64,000 nucleotides of DNA from a phage: the NCBI GenBank assembly GCA_012813795.1, contig GCA_012813795.1_4087.1; one strand, written 5' to 3'. Both the position numbers and the translations under genes were made by a program. Positions 1-8,822 of this stretch are shown piece by piece (positions within the stretch are counted from its first letter, which is position 1; each line of letters begins with the position of its first letter). Under the pieces are notes generated by a model that saw only the letters and a list, made by a program, of their open reading frames with translations, had not been told where the DNA came from and made no database searches.

Positions 1-257
1 ATAACTTCAATGCGGTTATGAGTGATTGAGTCTTCAATGAAATACATTATTTTACTGGTCATGTCATTTTCGAGTATCATATTCACAACAATACCAGTAC
101 CGCTATGACGCAGTTCTCCAGTTCTTGAATGTGAAGCATACACAACAACATCACCAATACAGGCATGACTGAAATTTAATTTCACCTCACGTTTCTTTTT
201 ATGGAAAGCATGGAATTCTTGTCTTTCCTTATAAGTAGGTAATTTAAATTTCGTCAT
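1..257 (-). CDS. hypothetical protein, partial (3' end beyond window start)
   Basis: ATG at 255-257 (minus) preceded by AGAGG SD; frame open to position 1 (MTKFKLPTYKERQEF...); not in ORF track because it runs off the edge. Confidence 0.45.
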   Translation of the reverse strand, partial: MTKFKLPTYKERQEFHAFHKKKREVKLNFSHACIGDVVVYASHSRTGELRHSGTGIVVNMILENDMTSKIMYFIEDSITHNRIEV

Positions 258-272
258 TTGTGCCTCTGATGG

Positions 273-2171
273 TTAAAAGAATATATCACGTAGTAAATGT
301 TCTATAACAGGTGCTGTCCAGCCATTACCAAGCATTTTGTACGCTTGTGTTGAACTACTAACTTTGAAGTAGTTTACATCAATTCCTTGCAACATGCAAC
401 ACTCTTGTACTGTTAAATGACGATAGTCCACATTTCGTTTACCCTTCTCAATCAGGAAGTTCCTGTTGATATCAGGGTCTTTGAAAACGATTTGTCTTCT
501 TGACTTATTGAAGTACTGATTCGGATCTCCACCCTTGAAGTAGTTTGCGTCAATGCAATATGATTTATCACGATCAGTATACCAATTACCAGTTAGTATA
601 TCTTGTAATTTTGGTGCTAAAATAAGAGGTTTTGGAATAAACAACTTATCCGAGCTATACCAGTAGTAACGTTGGCGATAATGTGCTGTATAATTTTGTG
701 AATTTATCAAAATTGGTGTCATTTCCAACACGCCATTGATATAATCCTTGAAATCTTCCTTCATCTTAACATTCTCAAAAAGAACTTTCAAGTTAGGATT
801 GAGACTTTTTATGTGCTGGTAAATATCAACCATTGTATGGAATAACATACCACGAGGATCATTCACACCGCCTTGTTTCCCAGCAACTGACCACGCTTGG
901 CAGTTATGAACTACAATATTGTTCGCCGTATATGTGTTATCTACTGCAACTTCAATATTGTAAACGGTTTTCCATTCTCCGGTTGTGGTGTTCGATTTAA
1001 CACCTTTTACCCATGAATATGACCCATCATCATAGAATGCTTCATCTTTTCGGTGCTTTTCTTTTTTGTATGTTAATACGTAATACGGCTTCTGATTAAC
1101 AACACGTTCTTCTATAACTTTTGTTTCAGACGGTTTAAAGTATGTTATGTTAGAATGACGACCATACACATTCATAATTAGTTGTTGTATACCAAGAATA
1201 ACATTCTTTGATGTTGATGTAAATTTTAAACAATCATCTTTCTTGTCATGGTGACCATCTGCGTCAAAATAACCATCAATGAATGCTTTCTGATTAGCGA
1301 TACTTTCAGTGAAAAGTGTGGGGTGTACTTGTTTATTTGAAGCACCCTTACCCATTTGTTCACAAAATTCAACTAGTTCTTTTGAACAAATATAGAATTT
1401 ATAAGATGTTCTTTCTTTAACAAAATTATATTTCATATTCATACCATCAAAACATGAAACCAATTCATCAAATTCATCATGAGCACAGCAAATAAAAACA
1501 CGATATTGATAACTATTTTTTCTATTTTGTCGTTTTACTTTGTAAGTCCATCCATCACCCATAAATCTACCCATGAAATACCAAAAGCTTTCACTCTTGT
1601 TATGTTGAAAATTCACATTACAACGAACATTACATATAGCATGTTCTTCTGTGAGTTCATGTGCATCGATCCATGTAGGTTCTGTATATTCACGAACATA
1701 TTGTCGTTTTTCATTATCCCACTTCTTGCTCATTTTTCTCGCATAAAATGGATGATTATCAGTGCATTCAATTGGTATATGTCCCTGACCTGTGATGATT
1801 CTTGTTGGTGCAATCTTGCTACCAATACTCAATACTTTTTGGTATTGTCCAGTGTGTGTAAGAACCATATCACCAATTTTTATATCTTTTATATCTTTAT
1901 GACCTTCATTTGTCATGATCATGGTTCCTGCTGGGAAGCAAGGAAAACCACCCATCAGAAGATCTATCTTGTCCCATTCGATATCCCATTCTTTCCATCT
2001 AGTTACATCACCCAATTGGATGATATCAGGAAAGTTAGCCTGGGATTCAGCTATAGCAAATTTATCAATTTCAGATGAGTAGTACTTTTCAACTGGTATT
2101 CCTGCACTTTGCAAGGCCATATACCCAACACTCATCCCATTGAATAGTGATAGTACACGTATCGGTTCCAT
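273..2171 (-). CDS. C5-cytosine DNA methyltransferase interrupted by an intein
   Basis: Motif I LSLFNGMSVGY; after intein removal GGFP-CQAWSVAG reconstitutes the PCQ catalytic motif; ENV motif, QECCMLQG and GNGWTAPV C-terminal motifs; exteins total 286 aa. Confidence 0.85.
   Translation of the reverse strand: MEPIRVLSLFNGMSVGYMALQSAGIPVEKYYSSEIDKFAIAESQANFPDIIQLGDVTRWKEWDIEWDKIDLLMGGFPCFPAGTMIMTNEGHKDIKDIKIGDMVLTHTGQYQKVLSIGSKIAPTRIITGQGHIPIECTDNHPFYARKMSKKWDNEKRQYVREYTEPTWIDAHELTEEHAICNVRCNVNFQHNKSESFWYFMGRFMGDGWTYKVKRQNRKNSYQYRVFICCAHDEFDELVSCFDGMNMKYNFVKERTSYKFYICSKELVEFCEQMGKGASNKQVHPTLFTESIANQKAFIDGYFDADGHHDKKDDCLKFTSTSKNVILGIQQLIMNVYGRHSNITYFKPSETKVIEERVVNQKPYYVLTYKKEKHRKDEAFYDDGSYSWVKGVKSNTTTGEWKTVYNIEVAVDNTYTANNIVVHNCQAWSVAGKQGGVNDPRGMLFHTMVDIYQHIKSLNPNLKVLFENVKMKEDFKDYINGVLEMTPILINSQNYTAHYRQRYYWYSSDKLFIPKPLILAPKLQDILTGNWYTDRDKSYCIDANYFKGGDPNQYFNKSRRQIVFKDPDINRNFLIEKGKRNVDYRHLTVQECCMLQGIDVNYFKVSSSTQAYKMLGNGWTAPVIEHLLRDIFF
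903..1940 (-). mobile_element. intein (346 aa) with LAGLIDADG homing-endonuclease domain
   Basis: Starts CFPAGTMIMT (block A), TDNH block B, two LAGLIDADG-like motifs FMGRFMGDGW and AFIDGYFDADGH, ends VVHN followed by +1 Cys. Confidence 0.75.
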
Positions 2172-2192
2172 CTATAATCCTTTATAAAATAA

Positions 2193-2220
2193 AATACTGG
2201 ACGAATATTCGCCCAGTATT
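2193..2220. promoter_or_regulatory. 26-bp near-perfect inverted repeat in methyltransferase leader (operator or terminator hairpin)
   Basis: atactggacgaatattcgcccagtat, two mismatches from a perfect palindrome; followed on minus strand by T-rich run and AAAGGA SD of the MTase gene. Confidence 0.45.
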
Positions 2221-2370
2221 GTCCTTTTTAATACTATTTAAAACTTATGTGGATTTCTCTTTTTAAGACCATCCAGTACATCAGTAGGTAGAATTTCACG
2301 GAATGACCCCACTGGGATAAGGATCATTACATATTTCAATTGGAGTTTCCTCGTTGTATAAGATTGATTA

Positions 2371-2399
2371 ATTGTATAATATTATTGCTCCATTGTCAA
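2371..2399 (-). promoter_or_regulatory. sigma70-like promoter TTGACA-N17-TACAAT
   Basis: Minus strand -35 TTGACA (2394-2399), 17-nt spacer, -10 TACAAT (2371-2376); about 200 nt upstream of MTase start. Confidence 0.4.
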
Positions 2400-2457
2400 G
2401 CAAAATATAATTCCTTATACATTCTTTCTCTCTGATACAAACATTATATCTCCTAAT

Positions 2458-2748
2458 TTAGAAATCGTCAATACTTTTTTCTTGACACCATCGGGCAGTA
2501 CAGATGATTGCCGATGCAAGGATTGAAGCACTAGCACGACCACCGCCTAATATGTACTGACTGACCACACCAATCATATTGAACACTTTATCACTCTCGG
2601 ACAGTTGTTCAAAATCCTTTTTCCAAAATTCATATTCTTCGTCTGAAACTTCAAATTCACTACCCATATCATTTAAAATCTTTTTTAGTACTGCACTATG
2701 TTCACTCATCTTTATCACCATAACGTTCGTCGTAGTAATCATCATCAC
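2458..2748 (-). CDS. hypothetical protein
   Basis: ORF track; start uncertain (no clear SD). Confidence 0.4.
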   Translation of the reverse strand: MMMITTTNVMVIKMSEHSAVLKKILNDMGSEFEVSDEEYEFWKKDFEQLSESDKVFNMIGVVSQYILGGGRASASILASAIICTARWCQEKSIDDF

Positions 2749-2785
2749 GGTCTAATGGTTCTTTTGGTTTTTCGCTCATATTTCC

Positions 2786-3046
2786 TCACATGGTAAACGT
2801 GTTATCACCATCCATGTCTTCATCAGTTGCTTCTGCTAAGGTCTTGATAGTTAATAATCCACGCTTCACATACAACATGAAAACCTTTTCATAATTACCA
2901 AACATGATTTCCGGTGACATGTAATTTTCTGTTACAATGACAATTGGTCGCCCCTGTGTCAGCATACGAAACATAGTGCGATATTTGTCAAATGTACGGA
3001 ATTCATCCATGTTCATCATGTGGCGTTTACGAACTACTGTAGTCAC
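2786..3046 (-). CDS. hypothetical protein
   Basis: ORF track, fits minus-strand tiling. Confidence 0.4.
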   Translation of the reverse strand: MTTVVRKRHMMNMDEFRTFDKYRTMFRMLTQGRPIVIVTENYMSPEIMFGNYEKVFMLYVKRGLLTIKTLAEATDEDMDGDNTFTM

Positions 3047-3050
3047 TGTG

Positions 3051-3473
3051 TTACCCTTTCAATTGTTTCTCGATATGGAATGTATTGTATATCTTGTTGT
3101 ACACAGTGTCAATAATTTTCTTAACGTCTGCTAACTCTTCGACAGTTGTGCACACATCACTGATAGTACTTAACTGAAACAACTCTTCTTCAGTACTGTA
3201 CAGTGTTATATCAAATTTGTTGCGAAGTTCATCTTCGATAACGTATTGATTTGTGACAGTATATGATGCAATTTCAACATCCAACAACTTATCACCTTCA
3301 AAAACATTATAAATGAACACAAATGTTAGTTCTTCACTCTCATCATCACTGTAGCTTATATATACATTGTAATTTTCACCATGAAAATCAAGATTGTGCT
3401 CAAACCTATTATCAGGTACTAGTGAATCTATAGGCATTCCCTTTAACAAATCAAAACAATCTCTTGGGTTCAT
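3051..3473 (-). CDS. EEx-FQ-SL paralog family member 1
   Basis: C-terminal TEEELFQLSTI motif shared with six neighbouring ORFs. Confidence 0.6.
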   Translation of the reverse strand: MNPRDCFDLLKGMPIDSLVPDNRFEHNLDFHGENYNVYISYSDDESEELTFVFIYNVFEGDKLLDVEIASYTVTNQYVIEDELRNKFDITLYSTEEELFQLSTISDVCTTVEELADVKKIIDTVYNKIYNTFHIEKQLKG

Positions 3474-3910
3474 TTTACATCCATTTGTCGCTGTTCATCA
3501 ATAAAAAAGATGTTAAAGATAGCTGAACGCATTTTTGTTAGCGTACTCATGAGATATTTTAAATCCTTGAAATCAATATTAAATGTTTGAACCAGTGATT
3601 CCTGGAAATACCCCTCTTCAGTAGTGCATTCACTTACATTTTGTACCTGATATATTTTGATAATATTATCATCACGAAGCATAATTTCTAAGTTATTGTT
3701 ATTAACATTGTGCACGATATACATCTGATCACCATATACCAGATTATTAACTGATAATGATAATACATTATTTTCAATAATAATCTTAAAGCAATTCTGA
3801 CCTACGTATGTGGTATTTTTAATTTGTTCTTCAGGATCAGTCAAACCATCGTTGATAAATTTAATTTTATTAAAAGTACTGATATATTTTTTAACTAATT
3901 TAATGTTCAT
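3470..3910 (-). CDS. EEx-FQ-SL paralog family member 2
   Basis: TTEEGYFQESLV motif. Confidence 0.6.
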   Translation of the reverse strand: MNIKLVKKYISTFNKIKFINDGLTDPEEQIKNTTYVGQNCFKIIIENNVLSLSVNNLVYGDQMYIVHNVNNNNLEIMLRDDNIIKIYQVQNVSECTTEEGYFQESLVQTFNIDFKDLKYLMSTLTKMRSAIFNIFFIDEQRQMDVK

Positions 3911-4287
3911 TGCTTTACCTTAGATAGAGCATAATTCATTATTGACTTGATTTTTTGTAAATTGTCATATGACATTACATGTTTTTCAATTAATGATAGT
4001 TGAAATAATTCTTCTTCAGTTGAATTCAAGTAAACTTCTGAACCATCATAATTTTCAAAATCATAAAGGTATGAAAGACGGTCATCTATATACCAACCAA
4101 TCCATTCAATGGTGTTTCTTTCTTTGAAAACACAAGTATATGGATTATCTCTTGAATCTAAGGTTATGGTTAAACGTAAACATGAATTTGATTGTTGTAC
4201 ACTCTGTCTCCCATAATATACAGTAACCTCATCGGTTTCAATTGATTTATACAAAGCATCAATTTTTCTATCCAATTCATCTACCAT
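3907..4287 (-). CDS. EEx-FQ-SL paralog family member 3
   Basis: STEEELFQLSLI motif. Confidence 0.6.
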   Translation of the reverse strand: MVDELDRKIDALYKSIETDEVTVYYGRQSVQQSNSCLRLTITLDSRDNPYTCVFKERNTIEWIGWYIDDRLSYLYDFENYDGSEVYLNSTEEELFQLSLIEKHVMSYDNLQKIKSIMNYALSKVKQ

Positions 4288-4691
4288 AATCTTACCCTTT
4301 TCAATGCTTTAACTTCGTCAGTGCACGGGAACACAACGAATCCAGTTAATGTTAGACCATCAAAATGGTTGAATCCATAATCATGAATCTTAGTTGCAGT
4401 GAATCCTTCAGCTTTCACTTTATCGAATAGATTAAGCATCTGTTCTTCAGATTTAGCCTTTAAGATAATCTTGCGGCGACCGTCCTGTACCCAAGTACTG
4501 AAATCGTTCAGGATCTTTTCATCTTCATCTCTTGGGTTCTCACCAACAGCATTACAACCACGAATTGATGTACCAGCAACTGTAACCGTGGACCAGATAG
4601 AATCAACCGCATGACCCGCCTGAGCAGCAAGCTTCCCAACTGGCATATCTAAGTCTTCACGAATGATTATGTAACATTTACTTACTGTCAT
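4281..4691 (-). CDS. peptidyl-tRNA hydrolase, Pth2 family
   Basis: YIIIREDLDMPVGKLAAQAGHAV resembles the Pth2 core (vvRtDLkMgkGKiaAQcsHAav); C-terminal pattern also similar; AAAGGAG SD. Confidence 0.75.
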   Translation of the reverse strand: MTVSKCYIIIREDLDMPVGKLAAQAGHAVDSIWSTVTVAGTSIRGCNAVGENPRDEDEKILNDFSTWVQDGRRKIILKAKSEEQMLNLFDKVKAEGFTATKIHDYGFNHFDGLTLTGFVVFPCTDEVKALKRVRLW

Positions 4692-5103
4692 CTACAATCT
4701 CCTTTTCATATTGCTCAAGTATCGAATAGATCTTATTGGAAATGTCCAATGTTTTAACATAATCACAGTACCTGATACACCCAAAATCATACAAAGTACT
4801 AACCATAAAGAATTCTTCTTCAGAGTACTTCTTTTCATTGAATGTAATGGTATTTGTAATTTTTCCAGATTCTGAATATTTTACATAGATAATACTACCA
4901 TTACTTATGTAATCTAATGTCTCTGAATACTTTTCAATACTAGAACTATGTCTAAATTGAATTCCTACAGATTTATCATACCAAAGAGATTTATTTCCGT
5001 CAGTAAGTATAGCATAATCAATCTTACGTTTATCATTGACACACATACCACAATCGGTAATTTTTAGTTTAGTGATATCAATATTCAACAGATCACTTAT
5101 CAT
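4678..5103 (-). CDS. EEx-FQ-SL paralog family member 4 (divergent)
   Basis: SEEEFFMVSTL variant of motif. Confidence 0.55.
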   Translation of the reverse strand: MISDLLNIDITKLKITDCGMCVNDKRKIDYAILTDGNKSLWYDKSVGIQFRHSSSIEKYSETLDYISNGSIIYVKYSESGKITNTITFNEKKYSEEEFFMVSTLYDFGCIRYCDYVKTLDISNKIYSILEQYEKEIVDDSK

Positions 5104-5527
5104 CCAATTCTCCGAATTTGGTTAGAGCAAACACTTTTGCCTCATCATGCAGTTTGTGAATTAGTATGATATTATCATATGTTAAATCTAGTACATTGTC
5201 AACAAGTGAACGTTGAAATAGTATCTCTTCAGATGTGATTTCATGGATGTTTTCTATCTTAATTTCATTGAATGTATCAGTTTCATTTTCTCGCGTACTC
5301 ATGATCAACGTACCACTCGTTGAAATGTATGATATCTTGGTATCCACACCATCAATGGTTGCGTACAGGCGAATTATTTCATATGAATCAGTTAATCTTA
5401 CATTAACCTTAATTTCATCCTCTGTACAAAACCACACACTTTTAGCAAAGAAATTGACACGTACTTTCATATCTTTAAGTTTATTATTTTGGAAATATTT
5501 TAGTACTTTTTTGAATGATATAATCAT
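5093..5527 (-). CDS. EEx-FQ-SL paralog family member 5
   Basis: TSEEILFQRSLV motif. Confidence 0.6.
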   Translation of the reverse strand: MIISFKKVLKYFQNNKLKDMKVRVNFFAKSVWFCTEDEIKVNVRLTDSYEIIRLYATIDGVDTKISYISTSGTLIMSTRENETDTFNEIKIENIHEITSEEILFQRSLVDNVLDLTYDNIILIHKLHDEAKVFALTKFGELDDK

Positions 5528-5544
5528 ATGTATCTCCTTTAGTA

Positions 5545-5940
5545 CTATATCGCATAGTACTTAAATAATGTTTTTAGATCATCAATAGTGAATGGTAAAT
5601 CCTCCAAAAGCAACTGTTGAAAGTAATGCTCTTCGTCAAGATACTTATGTATATTGATGAATGATTTTCTATGATAATCCGCTTTCCATGTAGGTCTTGT
5701 ACCCTTAGTATATTCAGTGAATACAATTTTGTCCATACCATAATCATACACGAATTCATTCTTTTCTGCAACCCCCTGATACTTTAGTTTTACCGGTTCT
5801 TTGCTGATAGAAAATTTATGCTCAGATGATTCATAATAGAATGATGATTGCTGATATTTTGATAAATCAATCTTTGAAAAATCATTTAGATAATAAGAAA
5901 GTTTAATTGTGACGATGCTGCCTATTCGACGACCCAACAT
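5545..5940 (-). CDS. EEx-FQ-SL paralog family member 6
   Basis: DEEHYFQQLLL motif; AGGA SD. Confidence 0.6.
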   Translation of the reverse strand: MLGRRIGSIVTIKLSYYLNDFSKIDLSKYQQSSFYYESSEHKFSISKEPVKLKYQGVAEKNEFVYDYGMDKIVFTEYTKGTRPTWKADYHRKSFINIHKYLDEEHYFQQLLLEDLPFTIDDLKTLFKYYAI

Positions 5941-5962
5941 ACTTTTATCCTAATATAAAAAA

Positions 5963-5979
5963 TGCCCCTGGGAGGGGCA
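5963..5979 (-). terminator. hairpin tgcccct-ggg-aggggca followed by T-run on minus strand
   Basis: 7-bp GC-rich stem, 3-nt loop, TTTTTTAT downstream on minus strand. Confidence 0.4.
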
Positions 5980-6089
5980 GTACGAAAAGATATAAAATGT
6001 ACAATAAGAAATGGAAAATATAATAAATTAATTTTATTATAGAAGGGAGGAAAAATAACATAATAATATGTTAGCCATTACTGGCATAA

Positions 6090-6641
6090 TTATTTATCAT
6101 TAAGCTCTTTTAATTTAGTCTGAACATCTAGTGTTAATTTTCTTAGTTTCTTAAAGACAAAAGCACTGTCATCTAGTTCAAGTTTCATACCATGTGTAAT
6201 GGCATAAAGAACTTCAGCTTTAGCCAAATCATGACGCATCCAATTACCATTCTTATAGAGAGTCATTACACAAAAAGGGCAAACACTTTCAGATGTTTGA
6301 TGACCAATAAAAACGGATTGTATCGTATCATGTTGGAAATTAATAAATGACTCGTTAATTTTTTGAATTTCTGCAATTACATCAAGTTTAGCATCCGTAT
6401 TAATAGCAAAAATATTGTTCCCGTTGTCATCAGTATTGATGTTTAGCTCTATATCAGAACCTATTTTGCGTACTGCCATTGTATAAAGCAATAACTCATA
6501 CATGTCATATGACGTTACATCACCGCTTGGTGCAGTAACGTTAAGGTTAACACCGTGATGTGTAACTTCAGTACTGAATCCTTCTTTATCTGCTAGGAAA
6601 TTTACAATTTGGTTCGTGAATTTTTGAATTTGTTCGATCAT
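6090..6641 (-). CDS. hypothetical protein
   Basis: ORF track; AAAGGAG SD upstream. Confidence 0.55.
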   Translation of the reverse strand: MIEQIQKFTNQIVNFLADKEGFSTEVTHHGVNLNVTAPSGDVTSYDMYELLLYTMAVRKIGSDIELNINTDDNGNNIFAINTDAKLDVIAEIQKINESFINFQHDTIQSVFIGHQTSESVCPFCVMTLYKNGNWMRHDLAKAEVLYAITHGMKLELDDSAFVFKKLRKLTLDVQTKLKELNDK

Positions 6642-6682
6642 ATTAAGTACTCCTTTACTTTGTCTTATTTAACAAATGAATA

Positions 6683-6706
6683 TAAGGCTCCCGATTGAGA
6701 GCCTTA
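6683..6706. terminator. hairpin taaggctc-ccgattga-gagcctta, T-rich on both sides
   Basis: 8-bp stem; downstream of gene 6719..7156. Confidence 0.4.
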
Positions 6707-6718
6707 TTTCTTTTTATA

Positions 6719-7156
6719 TTATGCGGTTTCTTCTTCGAACTTAGCGACGATATCAACCATTTCATTGATTAGTTTGATATGGTCATAAGTTACTGAACGG
6801 AAATCTACAACAAGTGACTGTTGGAAGAATTCTTCTTCTGGCAACCCACCATCAAAGTTGAGATCAACATTCTCATCATCATTAGTTGGTGCAACCTTGA
6901 TGTTGAAACTATTTTCATCAACAACCAGTTTAACTACACAACCCAAGCAGATAGATAGTACATATGCTGGTTTCTTAGCTGCTTCTTTACGGAAAGGTGC
7001 ACGAAGAGCACATACTACGCTACTAATTTCATCACCTTCTTCTTTATATTTGACGGTAATCATTAGCTCTTCAACTTTAATCGCTTCAATTACACGAGAA
7101 GGGTTTTCTGCGAAGAATGGGTTGTTACGGATTACTTGTTCAAGATTCATATTCAT
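6719..7156 (-). CDS. EEx-FQ-SL paralog family member 7
   Basis: LPEEEFFQQSLVVDF motif. Confidence 0.6.
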   Translation of the reverse strand: MNMNLEQVIRNNPFFAENPSRVIEAIKVEELMITVKYKEEGDEISSVVCALRAPFRKEAAKKPAYVLSICLGCVVKLVVDENSFNIKVAPTNDDENVDLNFDGGLPEEEFFQQSLVVDFRSVTYDHIKLINEMVDIVAKFEEETA

Positions 7157-7347
7157 TCCTTATTCATATCACTAAAGTTACGGAGATTGCGATTAGCTTT
7201 GAATTGTTTCAAATCACTGAATCGGTCATCAACCAAAAATGTTGCTGTTTCTGTTGCCTGACATGTTGTACAAACTAACATACCTTGTATTGTATACGCT
7301 GTATTGCAATTTGTACAGTACTTTTTTTCAATCAACTCGACGTTCAT
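7153..7347 (-). CDS. small zinc-ribbon protein
   Basis: CTNC ... CTTC cysteine pairs. Confidence 0.45.
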   Translation of the reverse strand: MNVELIEKKYCTNCNTAYTIQGMLVCTTCQATETATFLVDDRFSDLKQFKANRNLRNFSDMNKE

Positions 7348-7679
7348 AAAACCTTCACATCACTACGTTTATTTCGTGCGTCTTTCTTTTCCTCATCAGT
7401 TCGTGTATCATCTAATTGTAACACAACTTCTTTAAGAATGTCAACATCAATTTCAGCTTCTACGTAATGAAAGTCATTGCGACCAAAAACATACTTCACT
7501 GCAACCCATACACGCTTGTACCATTTAAGAAAAGGATTCAAACGCATACTGACTGTACATTGACCAAGTTTATCATCACCGTGTTCTTCTGTCAAGTCAA
7601 ATTGTGCAATGTGAACACAATGTTCATTTTTATCACCACAAGTACAACGCAACATAAACTCTTTGCTATCTTTACTCAT
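7344..7679 (-). CDS. hypothetical Cys/His-containing protein
   Basis: CTCGDKNEHCVH cluster. Confidence 0.5.
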   Translation of the reverse strand: MSKDSKEFMLRCTCGDKNEHCVHIAQFDLTEEHGDDKLGQCTVSMRLNPFLKWYKRVWVAVKYVFGRNDFHYVEAEIDVDILKEVVLQLDDTRTDEEKKDARNKRSDVKVL

Positions 7680-8137
7680 ACTGGATATGCCTTTTCAAAC
7701 GATTTCAGAACACCAAACTTAGCAGCATCGTAATCAAATTGATAACTCAATTCACGATTTTCATTCATACGATATACCATATGAAAGTTTGGATAACCAA
7801 TTCTAACAGGTTTATTAGAATTAGCAAGGAGAATTGCCCATTCTTTTACAGGGAACACATTTTCCTGTAACATTTTAAGATTACGTTCAAAGTACTTCAT
7901 AGCTTGTGTGCCAATCTTGTATTCTTGTTCAGTAATCTCATCAATCTCTACACTTTTGGATTCTAAATCAAAAACCCAATTGTTATCTTCGTAGTATAAA
8001 TCTTTTACATCATCGATGGTATATGAATCTGGAAGATCATAAAAAATCCACGCTGATGCCCCTGAACTGGTAATGATACGAATTTTATAATACTTCATCA
8101 CGATCCTCATTACTGTTAATGTAATAGTAACAGACAA
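7676..8137 (-). CDS. hypothetical protein
   Basis: ORF track. Confidence 0.5.
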   Translation of the reverse strand: MSVTITLTVMRIVMKYYKIRIITSSGASAWIFYDLPDSYTIDDVKDLYYEDNNWVFDLESKSVEIDEITEQEYKIGTQAMKYFERNLKMLQENVFPVKEWAILLANSNKPVRIGYPNFHMVYRMNENRELSYQFDYDAAKFGVLKSFEKAYPV

Positions 8138-8263
8138 TACAGTGTATTACCAATAAAATTAGTTCTATGATGTTAAGCATAACCACATGTGATTGTGGGA
8201 ACACCAGAGCCAATATCAACATTATAGTTGGAATGACGAATATTGTCAACTCTTTTTTCATGT

Positions 8264-8494
8264 TTATTCCTTAATATATGCATACGGCATAAAAACAACT
8301 TCAGCACCATCTACAGTATCAGCTATCACCTTAACAATACTTTCATTTTTGTTACATTGCCATACTTTTGTTATTTTATGCCTGAATACATTTCCATCTT
8401 TGACAATCCAGTACATGTTCATTTTAACAGTGCTTTCTTCACTTGGCACTAAAAGTTCATTTATTGGGGTTGCATCAAATGTTAGTTTGTTCAT
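8264..8494 (-). CDS. hypothetical protein (start uncertain; track gives 8545)
   Basis: Internal Met start reduces overlap with upstream gene. Confidence 0.35.
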   Translation of the reverse strand: MNKLTFDATPINELLVPSEESTVKMNMYWIVKDGNVFRHKITKVWQCNKNESIVKVIADTVDGAEVVFMPYAYIKE

Positions 8495-8822
8495 TTTTAT
8501 ATAAATCCAAAACATATTGTCCAAAATAAAGCTCAATAGCATCATTTACCATTTGAACCTCATTGCGATATATACCATTTCCACCACACACAGAACACAA
8601 ACACTGATACTGTGGTGTTTTTATTATAACACGACCAGCAGAAAATGACCTTATATCTTTTGCATAGTTCATCTCCATATATTCAAGTTCAAGAGTATGA
8701 TCTACATCCTTATTGTAACATATCCAACAAGTTCTTGAATGATTCATATCAGTTGAACCCCCATAAATGTGCAAATGAACTGTCATTTCTAACCAATTCT
8801 TTTGCATACGAACTAATTGCAT
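8475..8822 (-). CDS. small zinc-ribbon protein (CxxC pairs)
   Basis: CWIC ... CSVCG; resembles neighbour 8749..9024. Confidence 0.45.
   Translation of the reverse strand: MQLVRMQKNWLEMTVHLHIYGGSTDMNHSRTCWICYNKDVDHTLELEYMEMNYAKDIRSFSAGRVIIKTPQYQCLCSVCGGNGIYRNEVQMVNDAIELYFGQYVLDLYKNEQTNI

Noticed and set aside
1479-2078. Plus-strand ORFs antisense to large minus-strand genes (also 13567..14001, 45508..45972, 56547..57128, 60443..60724, 29747..30064, 34480..34734 and others)
   Set aside because: They lie wholly inside well-supported minus-strand genes and lack Shine-Dalgarno sequences; 60443..60724 is the antisense read of the gp32 repeat. Best explained as chance open frames.
6041-6100. Strong Shine-Dalgarno-like AAGGGAGGA on the plus strand followed by an 11-codon ORF (ATG at 6068)
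   Set aside because: Spacing to the ATG is about 16 nt and the ORF is only 11 codons inside an AT-rich spacer; likely chance.
3051-7156. EE-x-LFQ motif of the paralog family resembling a 3C-protease cleavage site (LFQ/G)
   Set aside because: The following residue is S, L or R rather than G/P, and no 3C-like protease is evident; treated as coincidence.
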